Assembly (NCBI GenBank): GCA_964016885.1
Contig: OZ024747.1
Span: 45,818,001 to 45,882,000, forward strand
Length of the DNA: 64,000 nucleotides
Origin: Eledone cirrhosa
Lineage: Eukaryota
Direction: 5' to 3'
Positions 12,544 to 26,594 of the stretch are shown here, one piece after another (position 1 is the first letter of the stretch; every line of letters begins with the position of its first letter). Made by a program: the position numbers and the translations under genes. Under the pieces are notes generated by a model. It searched no databases, was not told the DNA's origin, and saw only the letters and a program-made list of their open reading frames with translations.

Positions 12544-13589
12544 CTAGCAGAATGGCCTGGCGCTGCTCGGGATTTGCTGTAGGGTTCTTATATATTTGAT
12601 ATATATTTATCCTTATCGAGCCTCGTGAAATAAATACGTTTGTTTATATTTTGTTATTGTGTATGCAAAAATATCTGTACACGAATATATAATTATATAT
12701 ATATATAAATATATATATTAAAACAACGGATTCAAGTTTAAGCAAAGAATCGCTGCTTTCGCCCTTAACGGGATCTTCTGAAACTAAAAAAAATCAATCT
12801 GTGAACGCAGAAGTAAATATTTCGAAAACGTTACACACTATATATACACACACACAGCGTCATAATGTCGTAATGCAGACAGCCAGACATACAGACAGAT
12901 AATATAAGGCCGCAACGTTATATCTATGTATCTATCTAAAAAGAAAGACTAAGAATTATAGAGAGATCTCTAAATGGTCTAATGCGGTCTGTCGGGCATT
13001 GAAGATTTGAAATATTGTTTGCTCAAAACACACACAGGACCATAAGTATTACATGTGTAAAGTTTGAAAACAATCGGTTGGGTGGTTCTCGAGTTTTAGG
13101 GAGTCAGACAGACAGACTGTTTTAGATAAATAGACAAGGCCAGCAATTACTCAGTACATTACTGGTACTTCTGTTTATCGACCTCGTGAGGATGAAAGGC
13201 AAAGTTAACCTCGGCGGTATTTGAACTCAGACCGTAAAGGGACGTAACTCCATGCTATGAAGCATGGTGTCCGACTCTCTACAGATTCTGCCAATCTACC
13301 GCCCTAATGTCTGTACGTAATGAGGGAGTGAGAGGGGAGAGAAAGAAAGGCAGAGGTGAAGTGACGAAGTGACTCTCTCCTCCTCCTCCTCCTCCATCTC
13401 CCCATTCGTCACAGCGATAGAGGTGAGGAATGTTAGTGTGTTACAAAGAGAAAGAGTGAGAGTGAGAGAAACAGACAGACTAAAAGAGAGGGATAGCTGG
13501 AGAGAGAGAGTGATAGCAACCACACGCGCACGTGTTTCCACTGTCGAACAGACACACAGAGAAATTGCTGGTTATATATTATAAGGAGA
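12544..13589 (-). mobile_element. Non-autonomous Helitron, unit 2 (composite, contains a SINE A segment at 13134-13304)
   Basis: 3' end CCCGAGCAGCGCCAGGCCATTCTG-CTAG abuts the TC start of unit 1. 5' end A|TCTCCTTATAATATATAACC at 13589, with a second TC-type start (TCTATTTATCTAAAA) at 13134. Confidence 0.7.
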
Positions 13590-14950
13590 TAATGTCAACA
13601 GTGGCTTTCTACCTTCTGGTATTGATAACCTAATGTACCAGTTATGTACTGGAGTCAATTTAATCAACCAGTACTGGTATCTACTAAGCATTTTCAAGAA
13701 AAAGACTACAGTAAAGAATATCAAAGGTTTGCATTGTAAGTGATGGGGGTTCTTCTATATGGTCACCCATGCATACATGCATAGTCCTGTATCTCCTAAG
13801 GGAGTTGTAGGAGTGCTGTATTAACATACAATATTTCTAGGGCATTTTAAAACCCAGCAAAGCCCATCTCCTCTCAAGGTCTGAATACAGAAGATTTCTT
13901 CAAGAGAAGGATAGAGAGTAAGCAAATGGAAGTGAGAAAGAGTTATAGGGGAAGAATTGACCCAGTACTAGACTGGTACTTTTTTATTGACCTTGAACGA
14001 ATGAAAGGCAAAGTTGACCATGGCAGGATTTGAACTCAGAGAACAGAGAGTCGAAAAGAAACATTCTATCCAATGTTCTAATGATTCTACTCTACCATTT
14101 TGCTGCCTTATATGGTCACTCAAAGGGCCCTTAGTAGCAGACAAATTTCTCCCAAATGAAGCCCTACAATATTTAGAAAAAAAGGGATTATTGGATAATG
14201 TAACCATAATTACATTTTCTTGTGAAAATGACATGATTGTCATGGCAGAAATGGTTTAGTCATTGAGCTGCTTGATCAGAACTTTCCCAAGGTTAAACAA
14301 GACCAGCAAAATTTTGTAATAGCGGTTTATACCAGGAACACTCTTATGATTCCATCCACATCGAGGCTGCTTTATATTTATATAAATCAACCCTGTACTT
14401 CACTGGTACTTTATTTCATTGACCCTGGAAGTTTCACTTATTAATAGCTCTATTAACTAATTACATACATATCAATAATAGATCTACTAATGGATCCGTC
14501 AGGGAATTTATTCTTGGATCTATCAAATAATTAAAATGTATATCAATCACTGTTTGAAATAGCAACAACTAACAGTAAAATTATATTGGGAATTTTAGAC
14601 GTAAGAAATGGCTGATGTGATATAGTTATATAAGTAATTCTATGAACACCAAGGATACCTCCGATGAGAAAGTACAAGACAACTTGTTGAAAAATAAACA
14701 AAAGTTCATATCTTGTCACTGGTAGTGCATGTGTCCATGGCCATAGAAGCACTTAGCTTCCAATGGCCAAGAACACTGATATTATATTGGTTACAACATG
14801 CTACTGTAAGTAATGTAACATTATGAAATTGGTGTGTGGTTTAGTAATTTATTTTGCTAAGTTTAGGTGGTGAGAAAGTCTACCAGTGTAATAAACCTCT
14901 TATCCAGAGAATGATTTGTTTCTCATCTGCTTAATGCTACACAAACTAGA

Positions 14951-15140
14951 AATAATTGTTTCTACTTTAGGCACAAGGCCAGCAACTTGAAAGGGAGGGG
15001 AAAGGCGATTAAACCGACTCCAGTACTCACTGGTGCTTTATTTAATCAACCTTGCAAAGATGAATGAAAGGCAAAGCTAACCTCAGTGGGATTTGAACTC
15101 AGAACATAAAAGTCCATAACTCTATGCTGCAAAACATGGA
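14951..15140 (-). mobile_element. SINE family A, older subfamily
   Basis: Family A tail and centre plus the extra GGGAGGGGG...CGATTAAACCGACTCCAGTACT segment. Confidence 0.7.
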
Positions 15141-15785
15141 GCATAGATTCATGAAAAGCTAGGATTCATGAAATGATGTCAACCAGTTTTTGCCATGAGT
15201 CTTAACAAAACATCTTAGACAACCGAGTAAAGCATTTAGAAACTGGACTCTTCAAATAATACTTTCTTTATTTCACCACTAAGTATGATATTTATACTGA
15301 ATTTAGATGTTTTTGTAAGGCTTGAGAACGAGTTCTCATTATATTTACACTAACTCTAGATGTCTCTTTACAGTCTCAGCCTGGTTCTCACTAGATGTCT
15401 CCCTAATGACTCACCTTTAGACCTTTATATATCTACATTGTCTCTACATGACTCTCTAATATCTCACCTCTGGTTCTCACTATATTTACACTGAAACTAA
15501 ATGTCTCTGGTTCTCATTCAAAGGTTTCACTTAGACCTCAGTTCTGGTTTTCAGTATATTTTAGCAAAACAAACGTCCCATAATATAATTTTGTGTTCTG
15601 ATTTGATCTTCTAAAAGGAAAATATGTCTAATACATGATGTCAAACCTCTAAATATATATTGCATTATGTATTTTTCTATGCATAATAATATTTCTCATG
15701 TATGTTATGATAGTTTATTTGATTGCAGATTAAACATTTTTCTCATCAAGCCATATGAAATTGCCATGACTGCTATTAACGTTAA

Positions 15786-15992
15786 CCCTTTAGCATTCAC
15801 ATTTCTCTATATATACTATTATATTTTCATGGTAAAGGCTTTATCTCACATAATATTCAATCTATGAGATTTTGAAAGTATTTATTTTGAGAACAATACC
15901 TTAACATCAGTTTGAGTGACCAGTTACAGCCAGTTTCAACAGAAAAAGGTAGAGAATTCTGGCCGGTTTTGGCCGGTTTGAACATTAAAGGG
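15786..15992. mobile_element. piggyBac-like MITE
   Basis: TTAA|CCCTTTAGCATTCA ... TGAACATTAAAGGG|TTAA: TTAA TSD and CCC...GGG termini. Confidence 0.75.
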
Positions 15993-18989
15993 TTAAACGT
16001 TCAAATCAATCATTGTTGATTAAAAGATACAAAGAAAATGTTTTCACAAGGCATTAGTTGCCCCAAGGCTACAGTAGAAGACACTTAGGAAAAGTGTTCT
16101 ACAGTGGAACTGGACCTGAAATCATGGGATTCTGTATTGAAATTGTTCACAACACAGCGAAGCTTGCACCTATGTAAGGTTTTGAATATGGGCAGAACAT
16201 GCCTTTTGTTGACCTGCCTTTTGTTGACCAGAATTAGTCATTTCTACCCTGTCTTTTGAGACCAGAATTAGTCATTTCAATAACAATTGTTCTCATCAAT
16301 AAGGATGTAATTTTTTTAAATTAAAATATTTTTTCATACCACATTAAGTATGCTAGCACCCACTTTCCTATTAAGTCTTCATGCAGCAGACTTCCCTGGG
16401 TATCACACATATCTTAGTCATTCTCATATTTTCAAACCACTTGAAACTGTTCTAACTTAAATGAATCGTATGGAAAATATATTCTTTCTTAATAAATCAG
16501 TTTTTACAATGGGAGGTTTTGTGACAGAAAAAAGTTATATTTTCAGAGCCATCTTATTTTTCATAGACAGTGTCAACACATATGATAGTACAAAAATATA
16601 ATTTCTTCATTTATAGTTCAAACCTACTTGAACTGAAGCTCCAAACTTCACAAAGATAAGCACGCTACATAAAACTTTATTAGTTGATTATAAGAAGATG
16701 CTTCTTTCTTTCTATCAAACCATATCTTCTAAACATATTCTTTTCCATAGAAGATTTGAAGAAAAATACCAGTATCATTATTGAAACCTCATAGTATAAA
16801 TCATTTCTCTTCAGCATTAGTCTGCTAACCATACTGCGTTGCATTAAAAAGTACTCAGCTTTCCTCAACTTTTATGTTCATATTATTATTTGGTCATTTA
16901 AGAGAAGAGCATATTTAATGTTACAGCTATTCAAAAATTGTCAAAGTAATTCTTGAAAGTTTCTCTGAATTATGATAGTCAAAATTATTCATGAGTTCCA
17001 AGTAGCCCATAATTAAAAGAAAGATTGCTGAAAGGTTCTTTCAAAATATATCATCTAGAACATTCAATGTTAAAAATAGAATACATCTTATTCCATATTT
17101 TCTTCTATCCATTTCACCTATCCCATTTCTGTTGATCCGATATTTATGTTTCAATTTCATCAATTTCATTCTCATACCATACCAATATACACCTCCCATT
17201 CTGAAGGTACAATAGCTGTTGTGTTTCACTAGATTTTCCATAAAGCAGCTGAAACTATTTTATGTTCTTGAAATGGAATCTCTTAAAATGTTCCTCATAA
17301 AGATATATTTTCATTTACCAAATTGTTATTGAACATTAAGAAAATTAATAAGAAAATGCCATAACAATCCATCAAATATAGATAAAACTGTTTCTTAGGG
17401 AAAAATAAAAGTAGACAAAGATGTATGTGAAAATAAAGTGAAATATATGGGTTGCTGTTATAAATTATTTGGTAGATAAAAATAAAAGCTAAATTTTCTT
17501 CTCTAAGCATGCCACCATATTGAGATTAACACTTAATCTAGAATGACTTAGACAATCAACTAAGATGACAAATAGAATAGAAATGTGATTTCTTGTTACA
17601 CAATTGTTTCTGCAAAGATATAAGTAAAAGAAGTAAATATACATTTGTGATCAAAAGACACTGGAAATCCATTCTTGTTGAACAAATGTGTGTTCCAATT
17701 TCTAAGTAATAATGACCACAATAGTATGTTAAATTTGTGGAGAAATGTATTGATTTTTAACAGAGGTGCAAAGTAAAAGAAAATAGAAAGGGTATAAAGG
17801 TATACTCAGCTGAATCAACCCAATACTTAGTTGTACTATATATTACATCCTCTGTCCACCTTCTGAAGGATGAAAAGCTTTACAGTATTTGAACTCCCAA
17901 TGTGAAAAACTATAACTGAATATTATGTTCTAACATTTCTGCCAATCCATCAACCAAACAAGTAAAACATATTAATAACAAAGAAAAAAAATATATTTAA
18001 TGTTAAAAAAAGAAACCATTAATATTGTTATAATTATTGAGCAGGTATAGTTAGTTTTGCATGAATGTAATTTATGACATTAAGCTTATTGTTGTTCCTC
18101 TTTTTGTTGTTTTACTGACATTGTTGTTGTTATAGTTATTTTTGTCTGCATTGTTGCTGTTGCTATTATTGTTGTTGTTTAACACCAAACCTGAATGAGC
18201 AGATATACAAAGACTTCCAGCAGTAACAATGTGTTATGTGTTTTATTCAGACATAGAGAATGTAAGATTGCTTTATCCATCCAATGTGTTCCCATACTTT
18301 TAAAGATCATTACCATTACTCTAATAAAACATACTATCTGTGGCTTACAAATCATTTTTAAATTAATCACAAATTTAGTAATGTTCTCATTATTTATCTG
18401 CTGCTTGAGACATAATAGATGTTCTTACATAACATTATGACAAAATACTTTAGAATATAAAGTTTATATATACTATTTTGATACCAAGCCACTTGAAATT
18501 GCCCCTGATACGAAACTACTATTTGAACACTTTTGATACTAAACTGCCTGAAACCGACATTGGTTCTACGATACTACACTCTTTATTTTAAATTGTTTAT
18601 ACTTATCTAAATATCTTCCATCATAAATTTATGCAAGAACCTTTGTTATCTTCATCATCATCAACATTGTTTAACATCTATTTTCCATGATAGTATGGTT
18701 TAGCCAGGTTGTTCCATTTGAGCTGGCTTGCTCTCTATGGCTGGATGCCCTTTCTAACAACAACCACATTTATAGTGCATGCTGGGTGCGTTTTGTCAGG
18801 AAACCAACACAATCACTTTAATGTGTGGACTAGGGACTGGGGCAAGGGTGAAAAGGTATGGGGGATGGGTGGTGGGATTAGATGAGGGTGAGGTGTTAGG
18901 ACATGGGAACTGTATGGAAAGAGAAGAGAGGATAGTGGTTAAGAGGTGCATACAAGATGTAAGCTTCAGTCTGTGCACATGGGAAGGTG

Positions 18990-19530
18990 ATTCTTCTGTA
19001 TTACTGCATAACACCAAAGATCTCGATCCTGTGTTATTGTCTTTGAAAGGTGCAATTGTACAAAATCAGCTTTTATCACCCCATCCCAGGTCTTTGTGGG
19101 TCTTCCTACTCCATAGCTTCCATCATCTTTGATAGCCCTGTGCATTTTTATACAGCTGTCATCCTTCATATAAATCACATGGCTATACTAAGACAATCTC
19201 CTCTCCTGCACACTGCATCTGATCCCTCTTATGCTCAATTTCTCTCTCAGTTTATTTATGCTTTGCTGTTCATGTATATTACTACTACACATCCATCGGA
19301 GCATGCAGGCTTCATTTCTTTCCAGGTATTCTCAGGTCCCCTGCACACAGCACACTACCATACAACATTGTTGTTCGTATACATGCATTGTATAATTTGC
19401 AGCTAGCAGCGTTAGTAGCTTCCTGAATTTTCTCCATCCCGTTCTTACTTTGGCTACTGTACTTTTGGAACATCTTCCTCATCTGCTGATTTGGTCACCC
19501 AGGTAACAGAAACTGTCATCTTTTCAAAGG
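18990..19530 (-). mobile_element. RTE-clade LINE 3' fragment, degenerate
   Basis: Minus strand: LYNACIRTTMLYGS...LREKLSIRGIRCSVQERRL...GRPTKTWDGVIKADF...TQDRDLW, a typical RTE ORF C-terminus. Confidence 0.7.
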
Positions 19531-21952
19531 CTTGCAGAACACACAAGCCTAAACTGCTTGCCACCGTAATCGAGATTTTACATATCTCAATACTGACTCT
19601 GCATCTCCCAATGGTTGTCAGGACATTTAGTCACAGAAAAAGACTATATATGGATGAAAAGAATCATCAATGGGATGGATTACAAGAGAAGAGTGGTGAT
19701 GTAGAGGTATACAAAAGAAAATGGAAGGATGGCATTGAAGAAAACATGAAGATGATCAAACGAGGTACAGAGCAGTTTGAGAAATTATGGTAAGGGACGA
19801 GAAGAAATGGATTCATCAGCAGTGAACTACTATACTCTGAAGAGAAAGAGAGAATAAAAAAGATGAACCAACTAAATCTATTCTTTGCAGCAAGATAGAA
19901 AGTAAAATTGATATCAGCAGGATTGGAACTCAATAGCTATGCAACTAATTACCCAAGCCACTTTGTCTATCATGCTATTCTATCGATTTTAAGTTAATAT
20001 TAAATGAAGTAGTAATATAAAGTGATGGCAGGCTTTTCCTAATATATTGTATACTATTAAATCTTTGTTCTTTTCTTTTCGTATTCTAATTTTTCAAGTA
20101 TGCCTAAATTTGTAAAACAAAAAATAACAAAAATGAATTTTTGATTTAAAAATATCTCCATTTTAGCTTTTTTTTTCTGGAATAACCAATAAAAAAGCAG
20201 GCTTCAGTATACATTTTATGTAATTTTGTTTTATTTTCATAATCATCATATGTTTCTGTATATTACTCTCAAGCTATTTCTCAGCAGTAATCTGAAATTG
20301 ATAAATACCTAAGATTAGAATAGGGCTCATTCTATTTTCAAAATCTTTTAGTTATGAAATCAAAATATCCATATATCACCACATGATATACGTATTTTTT
20401 TCATTAACATTTACTTTATAAATTTCAGATATTTTTATTTTTGTTCTAAAGATTTTAGTCAGTTCAAAATTCCAATTTTGACACTATATGCTTTCTTGTG
20501 AATTTGTTTTGAGGAAACATTTGGTTTAAAGCAAGAATATTTGGTTATGTTTTAAAGCAATAACTTTTATAACATAGTTCATTTGATTTAGGTTATAAAT
20601 TTTAAATTAATGACAGTCAGACATATTAAACTTGAGGACAAAGTTTGTCCATTCATTGAGAAAATCTGACTATATCTTCACTAAAGGAAGATTTTAAGCT
20701 GGGTACAATTGTTTGAAATTTGATATCTTTGATGAAGATAATAGAGAAAGGTAATTTTTTGTTTGTTTCAGATGTAAAATAATGCAAGAAATAGCAGAAC
20801 AAACAAAAATATAAAACATAAAAAAGTAAGATAAATAGAATAAATGTCAAATTTAAAAAGCAAATTCAATAAAAATTCAAAAGATTAAAATCTTTTTTTT
20901 TTAAATGGATATTTGATTAGAAATCGATACCATTGAGAATAGATATTTGATTTATTGCTTTTAGCAATTCAACCTTTAAAAATACATAAGTATTTTAAAC
21001 TATTATTATATATATTGCTTAATTTAGCTTCACAAAGAACAGCCAATATTTGGTACATAAGGTACAAAATGTTCAAACTATATTTAACTAAAACTTTAGG
21101 CAAAATTTATGTAGGAATTTTTTTTAAAGACTATATTTGTTTATTTCTATATATGTTGTTATTACTCCTATTATTCCAATTTTAATATCAAATATGTTTT
21201 CACTTTGTAAATTGTTAAAAAAGCTATAAATATTTATAATTGCATTTACTTATCCTGTGATATTTTTCAATAAAACTGTGTCATTTGATAGCCAGGAAAG
21301 TAGACATTGAACAATAATGATAAACAAATTCTCTTTAGAAATAAATAGGACTGAGATTAAAAAATAAGATACACATCGACTTTGTAATCGTAAGACTTGT
21401 ATGATCTTCATTGTGTTCCATAAATAACTACTAACTGAGACTACATTCATTTATGTGAGCAGGTAAATGTTTGCATCTTTAACTCTTCTGATGAAAAATT
21501 GACTATTAATTTGAAAATTTGTACCATTAAAATTTATGTTTTAATGATACAAATTCTTCCATTTGAAATGGTTCATATTTAGACTATAAACCGTGTAGCA
21601 TAGATTCAGAACGAGTTCCAGCAACTGTTGACTGTAAAGATCCATCTAACCCATGTCACCATGTACAAACAGACATAAAATGATGATTTTGAAGTTGTTG
21701 ATTATGTTCCAAGCACCAAATTAATAGTTTTATGATATAAATTTTTTTGTAAAGTGTTTGGATATTGTTTATCTCTAGGTCAGCTCTATTTAAGCAGCCT
21801 TTTTATCAAAAAGATTCCATTCCAAAACATCCTGTATTAATATATTAATTTTCTAATCATTGTAAGACAGTGGGGTGTAATTTAAGGAGAAATTTCTAGC
21901 AGCTCAATGTTTCACCTCATAGGTACTCTCTTGCTTAAAGGTTTATGTTATA

Positions 21953-22134
21953 AGGTGGCAGTGTCGGTAGAGGGTCGATATGCTTTGCAGCATAGAGTTA
22001 CGTCCCTTTACAGTCTCAATTCAAATTCTGTCTAGGTTAACTTTGCCTTTCATCCTTATGGGATTGGCAAAATAAAGACCCAGTAATGTACTGGGATAAT
22101 TGCTGGCTTTGTGCCAAAAATTGAAACAGTTATT
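21953..22134 (+). mobile_element. SINE family A, diverged
   Basis: Matches the family A consensus with substitutions. Confidence 0.75.
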
Positions 22135-23639
22135 AGTGTAGGAATATATGATTAGAAGAGTATGTACTTGTCAAATTCAGGACACAGATAGAGACTTAGA
22201 ATGAATGTCCTTCATCTGGTATGTTATCAGAGGGTCACTGACTCATTGTATTCCAAGGACAGCATCCGTAATGACACAGTATCTTCAAGTGGTTTTCAGT
22301 CAAGCTTAATGACCACAGTACTTATTACAACCTGTCTCTTGACTTAAATTTAATTGATTGACTTAGTTACAGTTTGACACAACACTAATTTTATTTTAAC
22401 CAATGGAGTTATGTCAGACACTTAAATAGAAAACACAGACCTAGAAAAAATGTAGTCATAGAAACAATATATATAAACTAATAACATGGGATAGTCACAG
22501 CTAAAAGGCTTTGGATGATAAATACGCTGGATTAAAGCTCGCTCTGATCGATCGACAAAATCCCAGACCTCATTCACTTGCCAAGTGGGGTGGACCTCGT
22601 CAAATTGGACCAAGCAAGCAATGTTTCCATTTGTTTTTCCATTGCTGATACTATCTACCAGTCACAACTCCTGGCAAAAAAAAGCAACATGAAATAAAAT
22701 GTCTTGCTTAAGCACACAATGCATCACCCGGTACAAGAATTGATCTCACAACCTCTAGATTGGAAATCCAACTCTCTAACCACTATGCCAAAAATCTTAA
22801 AAATAAAGTTGGAAAAACAACAGTCATATCATCTACTTTGACACCAAACAATTACAACTTAGAAATTTCAATCTCTAACAATTTATAAATAGGACATAAA
22901 ACCACCCTCCACCATATTACATAAAAAGAATGGAATGGTCCACTTAGATTTCATTAATTTTGTTACTCATTGAGTTACAGCAATGCAGAAGGTAACACCT
23001 TCAATGGTTTAATTGATATTGTCCCTGGTAATATTTCAGTCAGCCATATTGACAGCAACACCTTCAATGGCTTACCTTATCATATTGACCGCAATAAGCT
23101 GATACTTTTCTCAGCAATCTCTGTTAGTTGACCTACTAAGTTACAGGATATAACAAAAGACAATGATGCCTTTTTTAATGGTTTGCACTAGAAAAAGTTG
23201 ATGTGTGTGGTGATAGCTTTTGTAAGCCCTCAAGATTAATGAAAAAGAAGTGGTTGAGGTTCCATTTGAAAAATTTCAAGTTGATTACTGCAACAAAATC
23301 ATAGAAAGACAGAAAATTATAGATGGATGTAATTTTGGCATGAAAAGAAAAATGAATCTAGGCAAAGTGGTCAATGTGGAAGCTGGGAGAAGGAAAAGCA
23401 AGCTGGGGGATGAGAAAAGGTGGGAGAAGTGAGCCAAAAAATTGTCTCTGGAGCTTGTCTGCATGTAGCAGACCAGATCTATAAGGCAGAGATCTGTGTA
23501 GTAGCAATGGAACATTTTGAGTGAGGAAATCGCACATTTTTTAGTCATTGATTAGGTTTGATTTAACTTAACTGATTTCAGCTGCTTGCCTGAGTAGAAC
23601 AGAGAACATAATAATAGCACTATAAAAAGTTGTATGTTG

Positions 23640-23982
23640 AACCAGCATATCTGTAGGCCATTGACCATTTGTGAGCTGGAATGACTCTTCCAGTGCATAT
23701 CCCTCACTATCCTCTGTGGAAACACCTTCTTTATTCTGTTCCCTGGGGCTGCATGGTGGCCAGCATATGTGCCCCATTTGCTCATAATAATTGTTTCTAC
23801 TTTAGGCACAAGGCCAGCAATAACCCAGTTCATTACTGGTACTTTATTTTATCGACCCCGTAAGGATGAAAGGCAAAGTCAACCTCAGCGAGATTTGAAC
23901 TCATAATAATGAGAGGTGGGGAGAGTGGGGGAGATGGAGGCACTGACAGTGGGAGTTTGGTTCTTTTGTGTTCGGACGCACA
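23640..23982 (+). mobile_element. CRE-like LINE 3' fragment interrupted by a truncated SINE A (23787-23902, minus strand)
   Basis: LFQCISLTILCGNTFFIL and the shared 3' UTR. TSD CTCATAATAAT at 23781-23791 and 23900-23910. Confidence 0.7.
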
Positions 23983-24101
23983 CTCTGGTTTAGTTCAGTC
24001 TACCATTAACTACACCACACCTTTTTCATTCATTCTGACTTACCAAAACTAATCTGAGGTAAACAATAGACAGACCACATTACTAAATAACAAATTTAGA
24101 T

Positions 24102-24461
24102 GGAGGCACATGGCTTAGTGGTTGTGAGTTCAATTCTCAGACCGGGTGATTTGTTGTTTCCTTGAGCAAAATACTTTATTTCACATAGCTCCAGTTTACT
24201 CAGCTGTAGAAATGAGATGCTAGGGACTGGGGTCCATATCATTCCACTGCAAAGTGGTCGTGGAGGTGCCACGGCAAAAAAGCACCCACCCTACACTGTA
24301 AAGTGGACGTGTAGGTGCCACAGAAAAAAAAAGCACCCAGCACTCACTGTAAACGTGGTTGGTGTTAGGAAGGGCATCCAGCTGTAGAAATCAAGCCAGA
24401 ATCAGTTCCCGTCCCACCCTTGCAAGCAGGGAAAAGTGGACGTAAAATGATGATGATGATG
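24102..24461 (+). mobile_element. tRNA-derived SINE with CORE-like centre and (GAT)n tail
   Basis: GGAGGCACATGGCTTAGTGGT head, GAGTTCAATTC, TTGTTTCCTTGAGCAAAATACTTTATTTC and a GGAAAAGTGGACGTAAAATGATGATG tail; a related tail occurs at ~7740-7995. Confidence 0.7.
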
Positions 24462-24862
24462 TCTCAATTTTAACTGTGGAAGTTTAATCTGTTGGCAGTA
24501 TATACAATTTAAAACATCAGGTACAACCACTCTGGATGCTCCTAGTGAGCATAAATAAAATTCTAATACATATTTTAATTATTTTCTCAAGCATTAAATC
24601 ATTTATATCTACACGAATTATTTCCCTTGCTTTGCACTCTATTCAACATAATTTAAGTATATATGTATTAATCAATGATCATCATTGTCTTGCTTCATAG
24701 TAAAGGCTTCTTATCAAATATGATTTCATGAATCTCAGCCAAGTTAGAAGGTTTCCAATGATAATTAAAAGGAGAATGTAGGTGAGTAAGATACTGGTCA
24801 ATGAATGGCTTCCTATGATTCTTACAATGGAATATTTCATGGTATTACTTTTAACTAAATTT

Positions 24863-24893
<31 letters not shown>

Positions 24894-25149
24894 ATGTAAA
24901 CAATGGAAACAGAACTAAAGTTATACACACAAAACAAACAAATATTTAAATAGTATTATGAGTAGGAAGCTGAATCTCATGACAAAGGACAGTACAGATT
25001 GGCAAAATGCAGTATTGAGGAAACTCACCTGTAAGCATAAAGATATGACCTGATTCCTTCATTCCCCATCTGTATCATCAATTCTTAGTAACAATTCTCC
25101 AAATTTCTGTCCTTTCCATTCTATCTAAGGTCACTTCCAATATGTTTAA

Positions 25150-25361
25150 CCCTTTAGCATTTAAACCAAGTATATCTGTCCAGAATTGACACATCTCTTT
25201 CTGTTCAAACCGGTCATAACCAGCCACTCATAATGATGTTAGGGGATTGTTCTGGAAGTAAATAGTAATAAAAAAAAACTTGTAGATTCGATATTATGTG
25301 AGATAAAATGTTTACCATAAAGATACAATAGTATATATAGAGTAATGTAAATGCTAAAGGG
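25150..25361. mobile_element. piggyBac-like MITE
   Basis: Perfect 14-bp TIRs CCCTTTAGCATTTA/TAAATGCTAAAGGG flanked by TTAA. Confidence 0.85.
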
Positions 25362-25769
25362 TTAAATCCTAAAACATTTATTAGTTGTTTGCATCATCAC
25401 AGTAAGCCCTTACCCCTGCTATCTGAAATCACCTCTGCCTCTTCCTCTCATCTCATTGTCCTATTCCCATAACAGTTTCATGCTCCCTTCTCTCCCTACC
25501 TTACACTACATTTGTCATATACCCATGACATTATTCTTGACATACTGCCTCTCCTACATATTGTCATTTACTCATCTTCCTTCTAACCTCTCCCTTATAT
25601 CCTGTTTGTTTGTTCTATGTTCAATCCCATTATATGGCACCTTGGACAAGTGTCTTTTACTGTAGCATCAAGATATATAAGACAGTAGCCTGCCGTATCA
25701 TCATCCTTTTATATTTGCATGGGTTGGAAGGGTCATTTTTAATACAGCTACCCACCTACTCTGTTCCTT

Positions 25770-26170
25770 CAACATTTCCTCTGACAGGTTAGCCATTTTG
25801 AGATCCACTCTCACCACTTCTGCTCAGGTTTTCCTTGTTTTTCCTCCACTGCAGTTTCCTGCCACTGGTAATCCTTGCCGATTTGTCACCTAACAAGCAT
25901 CACATGTCAATACAAGTGTAGTCCTCTTTCTTGATCCCATTTGATTTCTCTTATACCCAGTTTTTCTCTCATTCTTTCTAAGCTTTGCCATTAATGCATA
26001 TTAACTTTACATGTCCCTCAAAGTATTTTCTCTTCATTTCTGTCTAGCCTCTCTATATATCCTCTGCTTTGAATGCCTACACTTCACTTTCATGCAACAT
26101 ACAAGCATTTTACAGCTGGCCTTTCAGGTGTAGAGAGAAACCTTTTGTTGTCAACAGGGGCAGTAGTTCT
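25770..26170 (-). mobile_element. RTE-clade LINE 3' fragment, highly degenerate
   Basis: Minus strand ELLPLLTTKGFSLHLKGQL*NACMLHESE, homologous to the 19 kb fragment. Confidence 0.55.
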
Positions 26171-26375
26171 CATAAGGTAACTTGTACTCACAAAAGCTCG
26201 TGTGTGCACACACACTGCAATAATAAGCCTCTGGGTGGTGACAGGTAAAGATGAAGGTGGGTAAATGTAGTGGTGGGTGAAAATGGAAATGGTTGAAGAT
26301 GGTGGCTGGTAATGGTGGTGGTAGCTGATGGTGGTGGATGAAGATGTCTGTTGGTCATGGCTAGTCAGTGTTTAA

Positions 26376-26594
26376 CCCTTTAGCATTTAAACTGGCCATA
26401 TCCAGCCAGAACTCTCTCACCTCTTTCTGTTCAGACTGGCCATACCTAACCACTCATACTGATGTTAAGGTATTGTTCTCAAAATAAATAATATAAAAAT
26501 ATAATAGACTCAATATTTTGTGAGATATGATGTGAGATAAAGCCTTTACCGTGAAAATACAAGAGTATATATCGAGTAATGTAAATTCTAAAGA
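26376..26594. mobile_element. piggyBac-like MITE, same family as 25150-25361
   Basis: TTAA|CCCTTTAGCATTTAAAC start, colinear interior and eroded right TIR. Confidence 0.7.

Noticed and set aside
12745-12785. Minus-strand CAGAAGA-TCCC..GGGC-GAAA (also at ~39285-39320)
   Set aside because: The core has U4A in both copies, stems I and III are absent, and it is internal Helitron sequence.
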